21,251 nucleotides of DNA. Origin: Mesotaenium endlicherianum (Eukaryota). The position numbers and the translations under genes are program-made. A model generated the notes under the pieces. It searched no databases. It had not been told where the DNA came from and saw only the letters and a list, made by a program, of their open reading frames with translations. Of the stretch, positions 21,012 to 21,251 are shown piece after piece (within the stretch, counting starts at the first letter, position 1; every line of letters starts with the position of its first letter). Where the stretch lies: the NCBI GenBank assembly GCA_009602735.1, contig WELA01003517.1:767473-788723 (forward strand), read 5' to 3'.

Positions 21012-21251
21012 ATGGAGAACCAAGATAACAAGAATGTCGAAAACCAGGCGGAAAGCCATGTAGCGGGAAACCGTACCTATTCGGAAGCGGTAGCGGATAC
21101 TGCAGCTAGGGAGGCTGCAGATGGGGCAGCTGCTATTGCCTCAGTCGCAGCTCAGCAAGCTCAGGAGGAGATAACCAGACTAGAAGCTGAACAAGTAGCA
21201 AAGGCCGCTGAAGATATACAAAGGAGGGAAGGACAGCCAGCTGACGAACGC
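21012..21251 (+). CDS. Start of the first retrotransposon ORF (probably gag), partial
   Basis: ATG ~60 bp after the PBS, open to the window end: MENQDNKNVENQAESHVAGNRTYSEAVADTAAREAADGAAAIASVAAQQAQEEITRLEAEQVAKAAEDIQRREGQPADER. Identity is inferred from position only. Confidence 0.65.
   Translation, partial: MENQDNKNVENQAESHVAGNRTYSEAVADTAAREAADGAAAIASVAAQQAQEEITRLEAEQVAKAAEDIQRREGQPADER

Noticed and set aside
1..21251. CRISPR arrays, rRNA, tRNA or prokaryotic systems
   Set aside because: No regularly spaced repeat-spacer array or RNA-gene signature seen; the sequence is eukaryotic with spliceosomal introns.

Overview
Eukaryotic genomic DNA, most likely from a streptophyte alga or non-seed plant (inferred from gene homology, spliceosomal introns and plant-type tRNA-iMet primer sites). 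Left third (1-7459): two head-to-head intron-containing genes with only 201 bp between their ATGs. One is a minus-strand 7+ exon coiled-coil/CX9C gene resembling MICOS MIC19/CHCHD3, which the ORF track misses. The other is a plus-strand 7-exon RING-pseudokinase-WD40 gene (~1017 aa, At1g21651-like). A 532-bp duplication around a single N at 4128 is probably an assembly artefact. Right two-thirds (~9089-21251): a nested transposon stack. It holds five copies of one ~750-bp LTR (family A; one copy is split in two), a second LTR family (B), a probable solo LTR (C) and a decayed piggyBac-type transposon inserted at a TTAA. The most notable observation is an extra ORF of unrecognisable family just upstream of the family-A polypurine tract. 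Its C-terminal motifs are conserved at protein level in two diverged element copies, suggesting an uncharacterised retrotransposon accessory protein.
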